Shown here one piece after another: positions 39,289-49,993 of a DNA stretch of 64,000 bases (its first letter is position 1; every line of letters begins with the position of its first letter). The stretch is taken from the NCBI GenBank assembly GCA_965205215.1, contig OZ242041.1, forward strand, positions 1,344,001 through 1,408,000, given 5' to 3'. The DNA comes from Nitrosopumilus sp. (lineage in GTDB: Archaea; Thermoproteota; Nitrososphaeria; Nitrososphaerales; Nitrosopumilaceae). The notes beneath the pieces are model-generated. The model saw nothing but the letters and a program-made list of their open reading frames with translations, ran no database searches and had not been told where the DNA came from. Both the position numbers and the translations under genes were made by a program.

Positions 39289-40998
39289 TCAGGCTGACCC
39301 GCCGCCTGCCGCGGAGCCGGCGCGCGCGTCGGCGCACTCCGCTGCTGCCCTGACAAAGGCCGCAAACGACTCCTCCGGGAAGCCGGGCCTGCTGTTGAAC
39401 TCGGGGTGGAACTGCACCCCCATGTAGAACCTGTGGGACGGAATCTCCAGAATCTCCATCCTCCTGCCCGCGTCGCTCTCGGCTGAGAATATGGCGCCCT
39501 TGTCCCTCAGGGCCGGTATGAACTCGGCGTTTATCTCGTACCTGTGGCGGTGCCGCTTTGATATCTGCGCCGCGCCGCCGTACACCCTCCGGGCCATGGT
39601 GCCCTCCGATATTGATATCGCGTTAGACCCGAGCCTCAGCGAGCCGCCCATCTCCGAGACGTTCTTCTGCTCCGGCAGCAGGTCCACCACCGGGTGCGGC
39701 GTGTCCGGGTTGATCTCAGTGGAGTTGGCCCCCTCCAGCCCTAGGACGCTCCTGCCAAACGCAATTGCCGCGAGCTGGAACCCGAAGCATATCCCCAGGT
39801 ACGGTATGTCGTTCTGCCGCGCATACGTGGCCGTGTCTATTATGCCCTCCGAGCCGCGCGTGCCGAAGCCGCCGGGCACCAGTATGCCGTCGTACTTTGA
39901 GAGCGCACCGCAGCCGGTGATCGACTCCGAGTCGATCCAGTCTATGTTTACCGGCCTCGATATGGACGCGCCGGCGTGCTTTAGCGCGTGGTTGACGCTG
40001 ACGTAGCTGTCCGCCAGCGTGACGTACTTGCCAACCATCGCGATGCTTATTGGATCCTTTCCCGGGTGCGCCATGCTCTTGACTATGGCGTTCCACCTGT
40101 CCCAGTTCGAGTAGGTGTTGAGCATTCCGAATATGCCGAACTTTGTATATATGGAATCCATTATGCCCTGCTCGTGCAGCATCTGCGGCACCTGGAGTAT
40201 GGACTCGGCGTCGTGGCACGACAGCACGTCCTGGGGCGTTACGTTTGTGAACATTGCAATCTTCTGCTTTATCTTATCGCCGAGCGGACTGGTGCACCTT
40301 GCGGCTATAAAGTCCGGCTGGATTCCTATGCGGCGTAGCTCCTGTACACTGTGCTGTGTGGGCTTTGTCTTCTGCTCGCCTACGACGTCAAGCTCGGGCG
40401 CGAGCGTCACGTGCACGAACAGCACGTTGTGCGGGCCCTCCTCTATGCGCATCTGCCTGAGGGCCTCTAGGAACGGGAGCGACTCGATGTCGCCTACGGT
40501 GCCGCCGCACTCCACGATGAGGAATCTGGGCTTGGAGTCGCCGTTGCCGTTGCCGTTGCCCCTGCCACCGTCGCTGCCGCCGAAGCCGTCCTCGCCGTAG
40601 GCAATCGCCCGTATGCGCCTCTTTATCTCGTCTGTTATGTGCGGTATTATCTGCACGCAGGCGCCAAGGTACTCGCCACGGCGCTCCGCGTCAATGACCG
40701 ATGCGTACACCTGGGCCGTCGTGATGTTGTGGCTCTTTGGTATGTTCTGGTTGAGAAACCTCTCGTAGTTTCCAATGTCCATGTCGCACTCGCCTCCGTC
40801 CTCCGTTACGAACACCTCGCCGTGCGCCACGGGGTTCATGGTGCCCGCGTCATAGTTCAGGTAGGGGTCTATCTTTACGCACGAGACCTTTTGATCCGCA
40901 AGCTGCAGGAGCTTTGCAATCGACGAGGTGGTGACCCCCTTGCCAAGCCCCGACATTACGCCGCCCGTCACGAAGATGAACTTGGCAACCGACTGCAT
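39289..40998 (-). CDS. pyrG: CTP synthase
   Basis: GGVMSGLGKG, KIDPYLN, GGTVGDIES, KTKPTQHSV, GICFG, HPEF. Confidence 0.98.
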   Translation of the reverse strand: MQSVAKFIFVTGGVMSGLGKGVTTSSIAKLLQLADQKVSCVKIDPYLNYDAGTMNPVAHGEVFVTEDGGECDMDIGNYERFLNQNIPKSHNITTAQVYASVIDAERRGEYLGACVQIIPHITDEIKRRIRAIAYGEDGFGGSDGGRGNGNGNGDSKPRFLIVECGGTVGDIESLPFLEALRQMRIEEGPHNVLFVHVTLAPELDVVGEQKTKPTQHSVQELRRIGIQPDFIAARCTSPLGDKIKQKIAMFTNVTPQDVLSCHDAESILQVPQMLHEQGIMDSIYTKFGIFGMLNTYSNWDRWNAIVKSMAHPGKDPISIAMVGKYVTLADSYVSVNHALKHAGASISRPVNIDWIDSESITGCGALSKYDGILVPGGFGTRGSEGIIDTATYARQNDIPYLGICFGFQLAAIAFGRSVLGLEGANSTEINPDTPHPVVDLLPEQKNVSEMGGSLRLGSNAISISEGTMARRVYGGAAQISKRHRHRYEINAEFIPALRDKGAIFSAESDAGRRMEILEIPSHRFYMGVQFHPEFNSRPGFPEESFAAFVRAAAECADARAGSAAGGGSA

Positions 40999-41173
40999 GT
41001 TGATAGAACCCCGACGCTGTTTTTGTATGTTTGGCGCGTCGCGGTGCCGCGCCGCCGCGCCCTTCGGCGGGAGCCCCCGCCTTCGCGACGCGACTACTGC
41101 GGGCGCGCGCAGTCAACTGGTCATATCCGAATGTTTTACGACCTGTGCCCCTTGTCCCGGCACGGCCGTGCGT

Positions 41174-42106
41174 TCAGGACGCGCCGCGTGTTGCGGCCTT
41201 GAGCCTCCTTGTAAACGCGGACACGTTCCTCTCGACGTCCTTTGGCGCCGACTCTTTGATTATCTTCGCATATGCGCTCCCTACTATGACCGCGTCTGCC
41301 CCTGCCCCGACGTACTGCCTGGCGTCGGCAGGCGAGGAGATTCCGAATCCGACTCCTATCGGCAGCCGCGTCCCGGAGCGCCCTGCCGTGCGCTTGGCCC
41401 TGCGGATGGCATCAAGGGCATATCCTGCCACCGAGCCGTCGCCCGCCTTGCCCGCCTGCCTCCCGGTGCGCCTGTCTCTGACGCCCGTGGTCCCGTATAC
41501 TGCCACCATGTACAGAAAGCCCGTCGAGAGGCTCGCGATTCGCCGCAGCCTGCCTGTCGGGGTGTTGGGGGACGCCAGGAATATCGTGTCCAGCCCGTAT
41601 CTGCGGGCGGCCGCCACGTACGGCGCCGACTCGTCGGCCGCCATGTCCGGCAGTATAATCCCGTCTATGCCCGCGTCTGATATCATGGATGCCGCCCTGC
41701 CGTATCCGAGGTTGTACAGTATGTTGGTGTACGTCATGAGCACAAGTGGCACGTCCGGGTTGGCGCGCCTTATCCTTGATGCGGTCCTGAGGAACCCCTC
41801 AAAGGTGGCGCCCCTGCCGAGCGCCCCCGAGCTTGCCTCCTGTATCGCGGGCCCGTCTGCAAGCGGGTCGGAGAACGGAAAGCCCAGCTCTACGACGTCG
41901 GCCCCCCCTTTTATCATGCCGGAGACCGCGGCCACTGAGGCCCTCTCCGACGGGAACCCGGTCATTGCGTATGTGACGAGGCCCCTCTCGTTTCTGGCGC
42001 GCAGTTCTGCAAATTTGGATGCTATTCTGCTGACACCCCTGCCGCTGGCGCCGTTGTCGGCGTCCCCGCTCCTCCGGCCCCTTCTCTCTTTACCTGTCGC
42101 CAGCAA
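41174..42106 (-). CDS. trpA: Tryptophan synthase alpha chain
   Basis: [37 protein letters not shown]. Confidence 0.95.
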   Translation of the reverse strand: MLATGKERRGRRSGDADNGASGRGVSRIASKFAELRARNERGLVTYAMTGFPSERASVAAVSGMIKGGADVVELGFPFSDPLADGPAIQEASSGALGRGATFEGFLRTASRIRRANPDVPLVLMTYTNILYNLGYGRAASMISDAGIDGIILPDMAADESAPYVAAARRYGLDTIFLASPNTPTGRLRRIASLSTGFLYMVAVYGTTGVRDRRTGRQAGKAGDGSVAGYALDAIRRAKRTAGRSGTRLPIGVGFGISSPADARQYVGAGADAVIVGSAYAKIIKESAPKDVERNVSAFTRRLKAATRGAS

Positions 42107-43295
42107 GGTACCTCTGAACCTCCTCCACGTCCTTGTCCCCCCTGCCGGAGAGCGTGACCACGATGCGCTCTGATCTCTTCATCTGCGGCGCGATCTTGAC
42201 TGCCTCTGCTATCGCGTGCGACGACTCGAGGGCCGGTATTATCCCCTCCGTCCTGGTCAGCCTCATGAACGCGTCGACTGCCTCCGCGTCGGTCGCCGAA
42301 CGGTACGACACGGCGCCCGTCTCCTTGTAGTGCGCGTGCTCGGGGCCCACTCCGGGATAGTCGAGCCCCGCCGAGACGCTGTGCGTCTCAGTTATCTGCC
42401 CCTCCGCATCCTGCAGCAGGTAGGTCATCATGCCGTGCAGCACGCCGCGCCTGCCTGCCGAGAGCGTGGCCGCGTGCATTCCCGTGCCGAGCCCGCGGCC
42501 GGCGGCCTCGATTCCTACCAGCCTCGTGCCCGTGCCTGCAAGGGGATAGAACGTCCCTATCGCGTTAGAGCCGCCGCCCACGCAGGCAATCACCACGTCT
42601 GCGGTGCCGCCGCCCCCGGCCTGTCTTGCGACCTGCCTCCTTATCTCGTCGCCTATGACCCTCTGAAAGTCCCTGACCATCACGGGGTAGGGGTGGGGGC
42701 CGACTGCCGAGCCGAGCAGGTAGTACGTGTCGCCCACGTTTGCAATCCAGTCGCGTATGGCCTCGTTGATCGCGTCCTTCAGGGTGCGCGAGCCCGAGTC
42801 GACGGGCCGCATGGTGGCGCCCAGCATCTCCATGCGCAGGACGTTGGGCCTCTGCCTTGCCATGTCTATTGACCCCATGTATACCTCCGACCTCATGCCG
42901 AGCGCGGCGCACGCCATTGCAGTGGCCACCCCGTGCTGTCCGGCCCCCGTCTCGGCTATGACGCGCCGCTTTCCCATGCGCTTTGCAAGGAGCGCCTGCC
43001 CGAGCGTATTGTTTATCTTGTGGGCTCCGCCGTGCAGCAGGTCCTCCCGCTTGAGGTATATCCGGGCTCCACCAAGCTCGTCTGAAAGGTTCTTTGCGTG
43101 GTACAGCGGGGTCGGGCGCCCGGCATAGTTTTTTAGGTATGCGCCAAGCTCCGTCTTGAACGAGGGGTCGTCCCTGAACCTGAGGTAGCTCTCCTCAAGC
43201 TCCTCGACGGGGGGCACCAGCGTCTCTGGTATGTACCTGCCGCCGAACTCCCCGAACCTGCCGTTTTTTGGATACCTCCTGCCACTACTGCTCAA
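42090..43295 (-). CDS. trpB: Tryptophan synthase beta chain
   Basis: [41 protein letters not shown]. Confidence 0.98.
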   Translation of the reverse strand: MSSSGRRYPKNGRFGEFGGRYIPETLVPPVEELEESYLRFRDDPSFKTELGAYLKNYAGRPTPLYHAKNLSDELGGARIYLKREDLLHGGAHKINNTLGQALLAKRMGKRRVIAETGAGQHGVATAMACAALGMRSEVYMGSIDMARQRPNVLRMEMLGATMRPVDSGSRTLKDAINEAIRDWIANVGDTYYLLGSAVGPHPYPVMVRDFQRVIGDEIRRQVARQAGGGGTADVVIACVGGGSNAIGTFYPLAGTGTRLVGIEAAGRGLGTGMHAATLSAGRRGVLHGMMTYLLQDAEGQITETHSVSAGLDYPGVGPEHAHYKETGAVSYRSATDAEAVDAFMRLTRTEGIIPALESSHAIAEAVKIAPQMKRSERIVVTLSGRGDKDVEEVQRYLAGDR

Positions 43296-44119
43296 TATGC
43301 GCCCACCATCTCTCTTACGGCCTCCTCTATATTGTGACTCTTCATTATGCTTGATCCTACCAGGAACCCGTCGGCCCCGTACCCGCGCACCTTCCTGATG
43401 TCGTCGGCCGATGCAATCCCGCTCTCTGATATCGTGACGCGCTCGTCACCGCCGTCCTTGTCCCCGGCCCCCCGGCGCGCAGACTGCAGTATGTCGCGGG
43501 TCACGTCGGTGCTGATTGCAAGTGTGTCCAGGTTGCGGTTGTTGATCCCGATGATGTCCGCCTTGGAGGCCGCGGCCTCCTCGTACTCCTGTACGGTGTG
43601 CACCTCCAGCAGGACCCCGAGCCCCTGCCTGTGGGCGTACTCTGCGAGTCCGCCTGCCGTCTGTCCCGTGCACGCGCCGGAGTCGAACACGGACTGTATC
43701 AGCAGTATGTAGTCGGCGCCTATCCGCACTGCGGCGTCGATCTGCCTCCTGTCCACTATTATGTCCTTCATCAGCATCGGCACGTCTACTGCCTGCCTGA
43801 CCTTTGCAAAGTATTCCGGGGAGCCGCCAAAGAGGTGGGGTTGGGTCAGCACGGACAGCCCGACGGCTCCGCCCTTGACCATGGCGGCCGCAATCGTGAC
43901 GGGATCCGATACGGTCCTGAGCCTGCCCTCGGACGGGGAGGAGAACTTGATCTCCGATATTACGGCCGCGTGGGGGGCCGTCCTGATGCGCTCTGCCAGG
44001 CTGTAGCCAGATCTGGAAAGGCTGCCTGCCGCGCCATCGTGCGCGTCCGCGTCGTATACGCCGTCGTCGAGCGCGGCCATGGAGTTTGCGACGAGCCTGC
44101 GCAGTATGTCATGCGCCAC
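43292..44119 (-). CDS. trpC: Indole-3-glycerol phosphate synthase
   Basis: [32 protein letters not shown]. Confidence 0.95.
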   Translation of the reverse strand: MAHDILRRLVANSMAALDDGVYDADAHDGAAGSLSRSGYSLAERIRTAPHAAVISEIKFSSPSEGRLRTVSDPVTIAAAMVKGGAVGLSVLTQPHLFGGSPEYFAKVRQAVDVPMLMKDIIVDRRQIDAAVRIGADYILLIQSVFDSGACTGQTAGGLAEYAHRQGLGVLLEVHTVQEYEEAAASKADIIGINNRNLDTLAISTDVTRDILQSARRGAGDKDGGDERVTISESGIASADDIRKVRGYGADGFLVGSSIMKSHNIEEAVREMVGAY

Positions 44120-45203
44120 TGTTCCTTATCCCCTCCAGCATCTCCATGCTTCCGGCGTGCCTCACAAACGAGTCGAGTTCTGCCGACGCCCTGCCGCTCC
44201 TGACTACTTCCATGCACGCCGGTACCGCGTCCTTTAGGCTGTCGGCCGCCCCCGCGACCACGAGGGCCCCTGCCGCGTTGAACGCCGCGGTCTCTATTAC
44301 CGCCCTGCCGGCCGTCCCGTCTATGGCGCCCACCACCGCCCTTGCCGACTCCGGGGCGTCCGTAACCCTGATTTCGGAGATGTCGGATCTGTGCAGCCCC
44401 ACGTCCTCGGGCCTGACTGTGAATCTCCTGCTGCCGCTGTCACTGCCACCCGTGCCGCGCGACACCCGCACGGCGTTTGACGAGCTGGTCGACAGCTCAT
44501 CCATGCCCTCTGCTGACATTACGGTCATCGTCACCTCGGCCCCGCGCCCCGCCAGTATTATTGGTATCCTGTCCAGCAGATCCTCGGTGGAGACGCCCAC
44601 GAGCTGCCTGGATGTTCCCGCCGGGTTTGCAAGCGGCCCCAGCAAGTTGAAGACTGTCCTCTTTCCGAGCGCGCGTCGGGCGGACGCCACGTGCCTCATC
44701 GCGGGATGGAACCTCTGCGCAAACACAAAGCATATCCCGCACCTCTCCAGTATCTCCTGCACTCTGGACGGCTCCGCTGAGTTGTCATATCCGAGCGCCT
44801 CGAACACGTCGGCGCTACCGGAGGCCCCCGACGAGGACCGGTTGCCGTGCTTTGCGACTGCGAACCTGTCGCGCGCCGGGCCGCACGACGACGCGGCCGC
44901 GGCCACAAACGAGGCCGCGGTCGACACGTTGAACGTCCGCTGCATGTCGCCGCCGGTGCCGCACACGTCGATTATCGGGCCCCTGACGTTTGGGTGCAGC
45001 CGGACCGCCCTCTGCATCATCACTCCAAGCATCGACGCAAGCTCCGCGTCCGTCTCGCCCTTTGCCGACATGCACCCCAGAAACCTCGCGTTCTGCTCGT
45101 GACTCGTCTCGCCGTCCAGCATGGCCCCGGCCACGCGCTCGGCCTGCGCGCAGTCGAGGTCCCTTCCGGCGCACGCCGCGTCGACTATCCCCTCTATGTT
45201 CAT
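44109..45203 (-). CDS. trpD: Anthranilate phosphoribosyltransferase
   Basis: DVCGTGGD, FNVST, KHGNRSSS, FNLLGPLANP. Confidence 0.96.
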   Translation of the reverse strand: MNIEGIVDAACAGRDLDCAQAERVAGAMLDGETSHEQNARFLGCMSAKGETDAELASMLGVMMQRAVRLHPNVRGPIIDVCGTGGDMQRTFNVSTAASFVAAAASSCGPARDRFAVAKHGNRSSSGASGSADVFEALGYDNSAEPSRVQEILERCGICFVFAQRFHPAMRHVASARRALGKRTVFNLLGPLANPAGTSRQLVGVSTEDLLDRIPIILAGRGAEVTMTVMSAEGMDELSTSSSNAVRVSRGTGGSDSGSRRFTVRPEDVGLHRSDISEIRVTDAPESARAVVGAIDGTAGRAVIETAAFNAAGALVVAGAADSLKDAVPACMEVVRSGRASAELDSFVRHAGSMEMLEGIRNSGA

Positions 45204-45811
45204 CTTTCTTCCTCCTTCCCGGCCCCCCGGGCCATGCCCAGAAAGTTTGCGAGGATGGCCTTGCCGTGCTCTGTCATTATCGACTCGGGATGGAACTGGA
45301 CGCCCACTATGGGGTATCTCTTGTGCCTCACGCCCATGATCTCGCCGTCGTCCTCCGCGCGGGCGGTCACCTCGAGCACGTCCGGAACCACGGTGCGGTC
45401 CCCCACAAGGCTGTGGTACCTGGTGGCCCTGAACGGGGTCGGCACCCCTGCAAAGACCCCCGACCCAGAGTGGCCCACGGGGCTTGTCTTTCCGTGCCGC
45501 GCGCATCCTGCGTTGACCACGGCGCCTCCAAACGCGTGTATTATCCCCTGGTGCCCCAGGCACACGCCAAGTATCGGCGTCGTGGGGCCCAGCTCCCTTA
45601 TCACGTCGGTGCAGATCCCAAAGTACCTGGCGTCATCCGGGGTGCCGGGGCCTGGCGATATGACGATTGCGTCATATGCGCCCCTGGCAATGTCCGATAC
45701 CGAGGTCTTGTCGTTTCGCACCACCGTGCATTCCGCGCCCAGCTCCCCCATGTACTGGGCAATGTTGTACACGAAAGAGTCATAGTTGTCTATCACAAGT
45801 AGCCTTGTCAT
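45200..45811 (-). CDS. trpG: Anthranilate synthase component II
   Basis: IDNYDSF, SPGPG, GVCLGHQ, RYHSL, QFHPES. Confidence 0.96.
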   Translation of the reverse strand: MTRLLVIDNYDSFVYNIAQYMGELGAECTVVRNDKTSVSDIARGAYDAIVISPGPGTPDDARYFGICTDVIRELGPTTPILGVCLGHQGIIHAFGGAVVNAGCARHGKTSPVGHSGSGVFAGVPTPFRATRYHSLVGDRTVVPDVLEVTARAEDDGEIMGVRHKRYPIVGVQFHPESIMTEHGKAILANFLGMARGAGKEEER

Positions 45812-47388
45812 GACGATGCCTCCCTGAGCGCCTGGATCATCGCACCCGCCTTGTACTCTGTCTCTTTGAACTCGTTGTCCGGCGTGGAGTCGTATACTAT
45901 TCCGGCCCCCGCCTGGACGAACCCCTTCTGCCCGTTTATGAATATGCTGCGTATGGCGATTGCAAAGTCGCAGCACCCGTTGTATGAAAAGTAGCCGACG
46001 GCCCCGGCATACGGCCCCCGCGGCGCCGATTCCAGCTCGTCTATTATCTCCATGGCCCTTATCTTGGGGGCCCCGGAGACGGTGCCCGCCGGAAAGACGG
46101 CCCTGAACGCGTCAAACATGTCGGCCTCGTCTGATATCGTGCCCGCCAGATGGGTCACCATGTGTTGCACGTGGCTGAACCGCTTTATCATCATGAGTGA
46201 CACGGGGTGGACCGTCCCGAACCTGCAGACCCTGCCTATGTCGTTGCGTCCAAGATCCACGAGCATCGTATGCTCCGCCAACTCCTTTTGGTCCGCGAGC
46301 ATCTCGACGGCAAGCCTGTCGTTCTCTGCGTCGTCCCCCGTGATGCCCCTGGTGCCCGCTATGGGAAAGGTCTCGACCTCTGAACCCGTGACCCTTACTA
46401 GCATCTCCGGCGATGCGCCTATGGTGACGCGCCCGCCGTGCCTCACATAGTACATGTACGGGGACGGGTTGAGCCCCCGCAGCGTCCCGTATAGGGCCAG
46501 CGTGTCGCCGTCTACGTCAAACTCAAAGCGCCTGGAGAGCACGGCCTGGAATATGTCCCCGTCGTGGATGTATTTTTTGGCCCTGTTGACCATCTCTGCA
46601 AACTCTGCCGCGTCGATGTTGGGCCTAATGTTTGCCGCGCGAAATTTGCCGCGTGCGCGCCCGTTGCCTCCTTCGCCATTATTGTTAGCGTCACTGTCGC
46701 AATCGCCGCCCTCCGCGGCTTTTATCATGCTGTCATACCTGCTCTGGCCGCGATAAAAGTAGAACGGCCTGTCAAGCTTGTTGTCGTACAGTATGCCGTC
46801 GTCGTAGACCCCGAATTCCATGATCAACGGATCAGAACCGTTGGAGTCTGGGACGTCCTCGATTGCGCGAACCGCGTCATAATTTACCATTCCGACAGCA
46901 CCTCCAACGTACCTGTAATCGGGCTTTGCTGCGCCCGCGCCTTCTGCATCGGGGTCCGTCCCGGCCGTCGCCGCCGCAAGCACGTTCCTGATCGTGTCAA
47001 ACGGGTCGTCCGTACTTATCTCCATGCCCTCCGGCGCGACGCGCGCTTGCCCGGCCGTACCGTTGCTCTTTCCAGTGCCTCCGACGATACCGCCGCCGTT
47101 ACCGTCACTCTTGCGTGCTGCAGTCCTGCATATGGACCGCACGCGCTCCGCGGACGCTGCATCCCGGACTGCTTCGCCGGGCACGACCTCGACGCGGTCC
47201 CTGTACGCCCTCAGGATCAGCGTCGGGCCGAAGCCCATGATGGACGTCTCGGCAAGCGCGTCTGGGCCCGCAAGCGACTCGAATAGAAAGGAATGCTCGT
47301 ACCTGCGTGATATGCTGCTGTAGATCTGAAACTGGTTTCTGTTAGGAATGTCTAGCGGCACTATCCGCGTCCTTCCAAATACGTCCAC
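45808..47388 (-). CDS. trpE: Anthranilate synthase component I
   Basis: LFES, NPSPYMY, SPEMLV, PIAGT, EHTMLVDLGRND, GTVSGAPK. Confidence 0.96.
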   Translation of the reverse strand: MDVFGRTRIVPLDIPNRNQFQIYSSISRRYEHSFLFESLAGPDALAETSIMGFGPTLILRAYRDRVEVVPGEAVRDAASAERVRSICRTAARKSDGNGGGIVGGTGKSNGTAGQARVAPEGMEISTDDPFDTIRNVLAAATAGTDPDAEGAGAAKPDYRYVGGAVGMVNYDAVRAIEDVPDSNGSDPLIMEFGVYDDGILYDNKLDRPFYFYRGQSRYDSMIKAAEGGDCDSDANNNGEGGNGRARGKFRAANIRPNIDAAEFAEMVNRAKKYIHDGDIFQAVLSRRFEFDVDGDTLALYGTLRGLNPSPYMYYVRHGGRVTIGASPEMLVRVTGSEVETFPIAGTRGITGDDAENDRLAVEMLADQKELAEHTMLVDLGRNDIGRVCRFGTVHPVSLMMIKRFSHVQHMVTHLAGTISDEADMFDAFRAVFPAGTVSGAPKIRAMEIIDELESAPRGPYAGAVGYFSYNGCCDFAIAIRSIFINGQKGFVQAGAGIVYDSTPDNEFKETEYKAGAMIQALREASS

Positions 47389-47427
47389 CCATGTACGTGA
47401 CGGCCGGGGGGTTTTATTTAAACCGAT

Positions 47428-47723
47428 GAGATTTCGGATCTGATAGACTGCGGTGGCCTGGCCTTGTTGGTGCCTGAAGGCATGCCTTGTGGCTCTTATC
47501 CCGTTCTGGCAGGCCGCTGTTTGAAGGGTGACACAATCGGCCTGCTTATGAAGTGGTACGACTACGACAGGCCACACATGTCACTTGACTGGGACGGCCG
47601 GGAGACACCTGCACGGGCATTTGAGAGGAAGGCCAGACCGTGGTTGACGGGCAGACGGGGGGGGGGGGAGTACGATATCTGGTAACAGGGCCAACTGCTT
47701 TCTGAATCCCGCAATTTTCGGAT
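47428..47723 (+). mobile_element. Remnant of an integrase-core (IS481/IS3-like) transposase, C-terminus only
   Basis: WYDYDRPHMSLDWDGRETPARAF matches the YN..RPH.SL....TP C-terminal motif; TTTCGGATC at both edges. Confidence 0.6.
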
Positions 47724-47771
47724 CGGCCGCGATTTTCAACACTTTAGTACTCATTCCTTAAAACCCTCGCA

Positions 47772-48723
47772 TTGAGGGCTAGTTATGGCATAATTGCCGC
47801 TGCAGGAATTGCCAGTGGCCAGCGTGATACTGGTCCAACAAGGCGGGTATGACGACAAACTTGCAGAACTAAATGCCGGGATGGCCGAACAAGAAGAAGA
47901 AATAAGCAGGCTAAATGCCGGGATGGCCGAACAAGAAGAAGAAATAAGCAGGCTAAATGCCGGGATGGCCGAACAAGAAGAAGAAATAAGCAGGCTAAAT
48001 GCCGAGCTTGCCGAACAAGAAGAAGAAATAAGCAGGCTAAATGCCGAGCTTGCCGACTTGAGCATGTTTAGTCACAAACATGATGTCCGTGCCATACAGG
48101 CCCCAAAAATAGATCCGGACCCAACCCCTGTACCGACACTAACTCCAACTACACCTGGTAAGGCATCTGTTGATTTTGAGAGTGGCTTGGGTGGCTGGGC
48201 ATTGCATGCAATCCCGAGCGATAAGACCACTGTAGGATACCCCAGTCCGTACAGTTACTATCAAATGGAACTCACAAAGGATGACTCCTACCATATACCA
48301 TTAACAGTACCAGATCCATACAAAACCACAACACATGCGAAAATCTATGGCGAGGGCTGGGACACCTCATTTGGTCTTGCAAACATCATAGATACGTCTG
48401 GCACAGACAGACTCACACTGTCATTTGATGCCAAAGTTGCAGGGCTAAACAGGATATCATCCACGCCCGAGTCGATACCCAACCTGAGAATAGCCATACT
48501 CGATGACACATATGGTAAGGCAGTCAAACGCATTGTCCTTGTAGGCCATACTAGTGTGGATCAAACAGAGGACAACGGACCTTGGAAGAATTATGAGGTT
48601 GATTTAACCCCATACATCAAGGACGAAACCAGTCTACCACTCATGATATCGCAGTATGATTCTTGGTTTGCTGATGGAAAACAGGTATTATGGATAGATA
48701 ACATCAGATTTGCCACGGGTTGA
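47772..48723 (+). CDS. Membrane-anchored coiled-coil surface protein, frameshifted near the N-terminus
   Basis: TM segment split between frames; heptad repeat stalk; Pro/Thr linker; beta-rich C-terminal domain (VDFE...W...WIDNIRF); lower GC than the flanks. Confidence 0.7.
47869..48056 (+). repeat. Coding 42-bp tandem repeat, about 4.5 copies
   Basis: ctaaatgccgggatggccgaacaagaagaagaaataagcagg at 47869, 47911, 47953; variants at 47995 and 48037. Confidence 0.95.
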
Positions 48724-48779
48724 ACTTCTATTTCAAAACCAACAGTTGTGGTCAAAATGCCGGGGAATCCTTAGACAAA

Positions 48780-48960
48780 GTGAGTCGGACTGATCGGGAA
48801 ATCCGGCGAGCATGCATTTTCTGCCCCGGGCAGGTTTTGTGTAGGCCACCGTTCGAACCCTCGTACATTGGAAGGCATTTGCAGGCGGTACATGTAGGGC
48901 TGGCCTATGCCACCCTTCAAACGGCGGACTTGCCTGACTCCTGAGAAGATCCGCAAGGCA
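48780..48960 (-). pseudogene. Possible degenerate N-terminal zinc ribbon of an IS1/IS6-like transposase
   Basis: Across frames reads GVRQ..RLKGG..QPYM / CTACK / GFER, resembling G.R...G..Q.Y.C..C...GFE. Confidence 0.3.
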
Positions 48961-49259
48961 TGCTTTCAAACTCCCTCTGGGCCAAGTCACCGCAATTTAT
49001 CAGAGCCGTGATTTCTATGTGCGTATTCGCGTCCACAGCCCGTGAAATCTGAAGATGCAGGGCGCAAAAAAGCCCTGACAAAGGCAGGAGCACAGAACCC
49101 TGCCGCTTTTGCGCATGGTTGCATACGCCGTCGTGGCAGGGTCAAGAATCCGGTGCACTTCCTGCCGTGATGCGGCTCCCGTGTCTGGCTACAAGTATGC
49201 AACCGTAAAAGAACTATAAAGTACGGTACTTTTATATTCGCGTGCCCTCTACTCATGTC

Positions 49260-49436
49260 ATGAGCACTATACTACAGGATCTCTACATGCCCAGGCCGCG
49301 ACTGGTCTGCACCACGGCCCGTCCCGTTGCGTGCAACGCCTGCGGCAGGGGTGTCGATGACGGGCGTGGAATCAGGGCCCTGCGCACCGACGGCGGCGAC
49401 ATCATGCTGTGCGACCTGCACTATCCAAAGCAGTGA
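49260..49436 (+). CDS. Small zinc-binding hypothetical protein
   Basis: CNAC...CDLH; TTTTATAT upstream. Confidence 0.6.
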   Translation: MSTILQDLYMPRPRLVCTTARPVACNACGRGVDDGRGIRALRTDGGDIMLCDLHYPKQ

Positions 49437-49574
49437 CGCGCCCGGCGCAGACAACGTGCGCCGCCGACGCGCCCTCTTTTTTTCTGACTTGTGTGCCTGC
49501 ACGCGTAGAGCCCCTACCACTATCTTGCATCAGTTGCCACAACCTGCCGGCCGCATGGGCTGACTTCTGTGCCG

Positions 49575-49973
49575 TCAGCCAAGCGCCCTTGTGGGATCCT
49601 TGCTGAGTATGCCGAGCACCTTTGAGACTATCTGCTTTTGGCCACCCTCGTGCATGTCGTAGCGCACGCTGTCTGATCCCATGCTTACAAAGATCAGGTT
49701 GTCGTCGCCGAGCGGGAACGTTATCCTTGTGATCTTTTGGAATGCCGCCATTGCGTACGTGCCCGGGCCGATCTTGGGGCTCAGCGCCTTGCGGCCCTTC
49801 CATGCGCTTGCGGCCCTTTTTAGCGATGCCTCGGTCTCCTCCTCTGATAGGTAGTTGGCCACCCCCTCGCGGTGGTTTACGGCAAGTATGTTCCCATCAA
49901 TGTCGGTGACTATGCTGTGCCTGATGTTGACGTCGGAGTCCATGATCCTCCGCAGCAGGTTTTCAAAATTCAT
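49575..49973 (-). CDS. Thaumarchaeal roadblock-like (DUF6659-type) protein
   Basis: IRH.IV.D.DG, LS.EE, R..LS.KIG...Y. Confidence 0.75.
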   Translation of the reverse strand: MNFENLLRRIMDSDVNIRHSIVTDIDGNILAVNHREGVANYLSEEETEASLKRAASAWKGRKALSPKIGPGTYAMAAFQKITRITFPLGDDNLIFVSMGSDSVRYDMHEGGQKQIVSKVLGILSKDPTRALG

Positions 49974-49993
49974 AGATGACGTGTGATCCTGTA

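Noticed and set aside
48840-48870. GTTCGAACC as a tRNA T-loop
   Set aside because: No cloverleaf or acceptor stem could be formed
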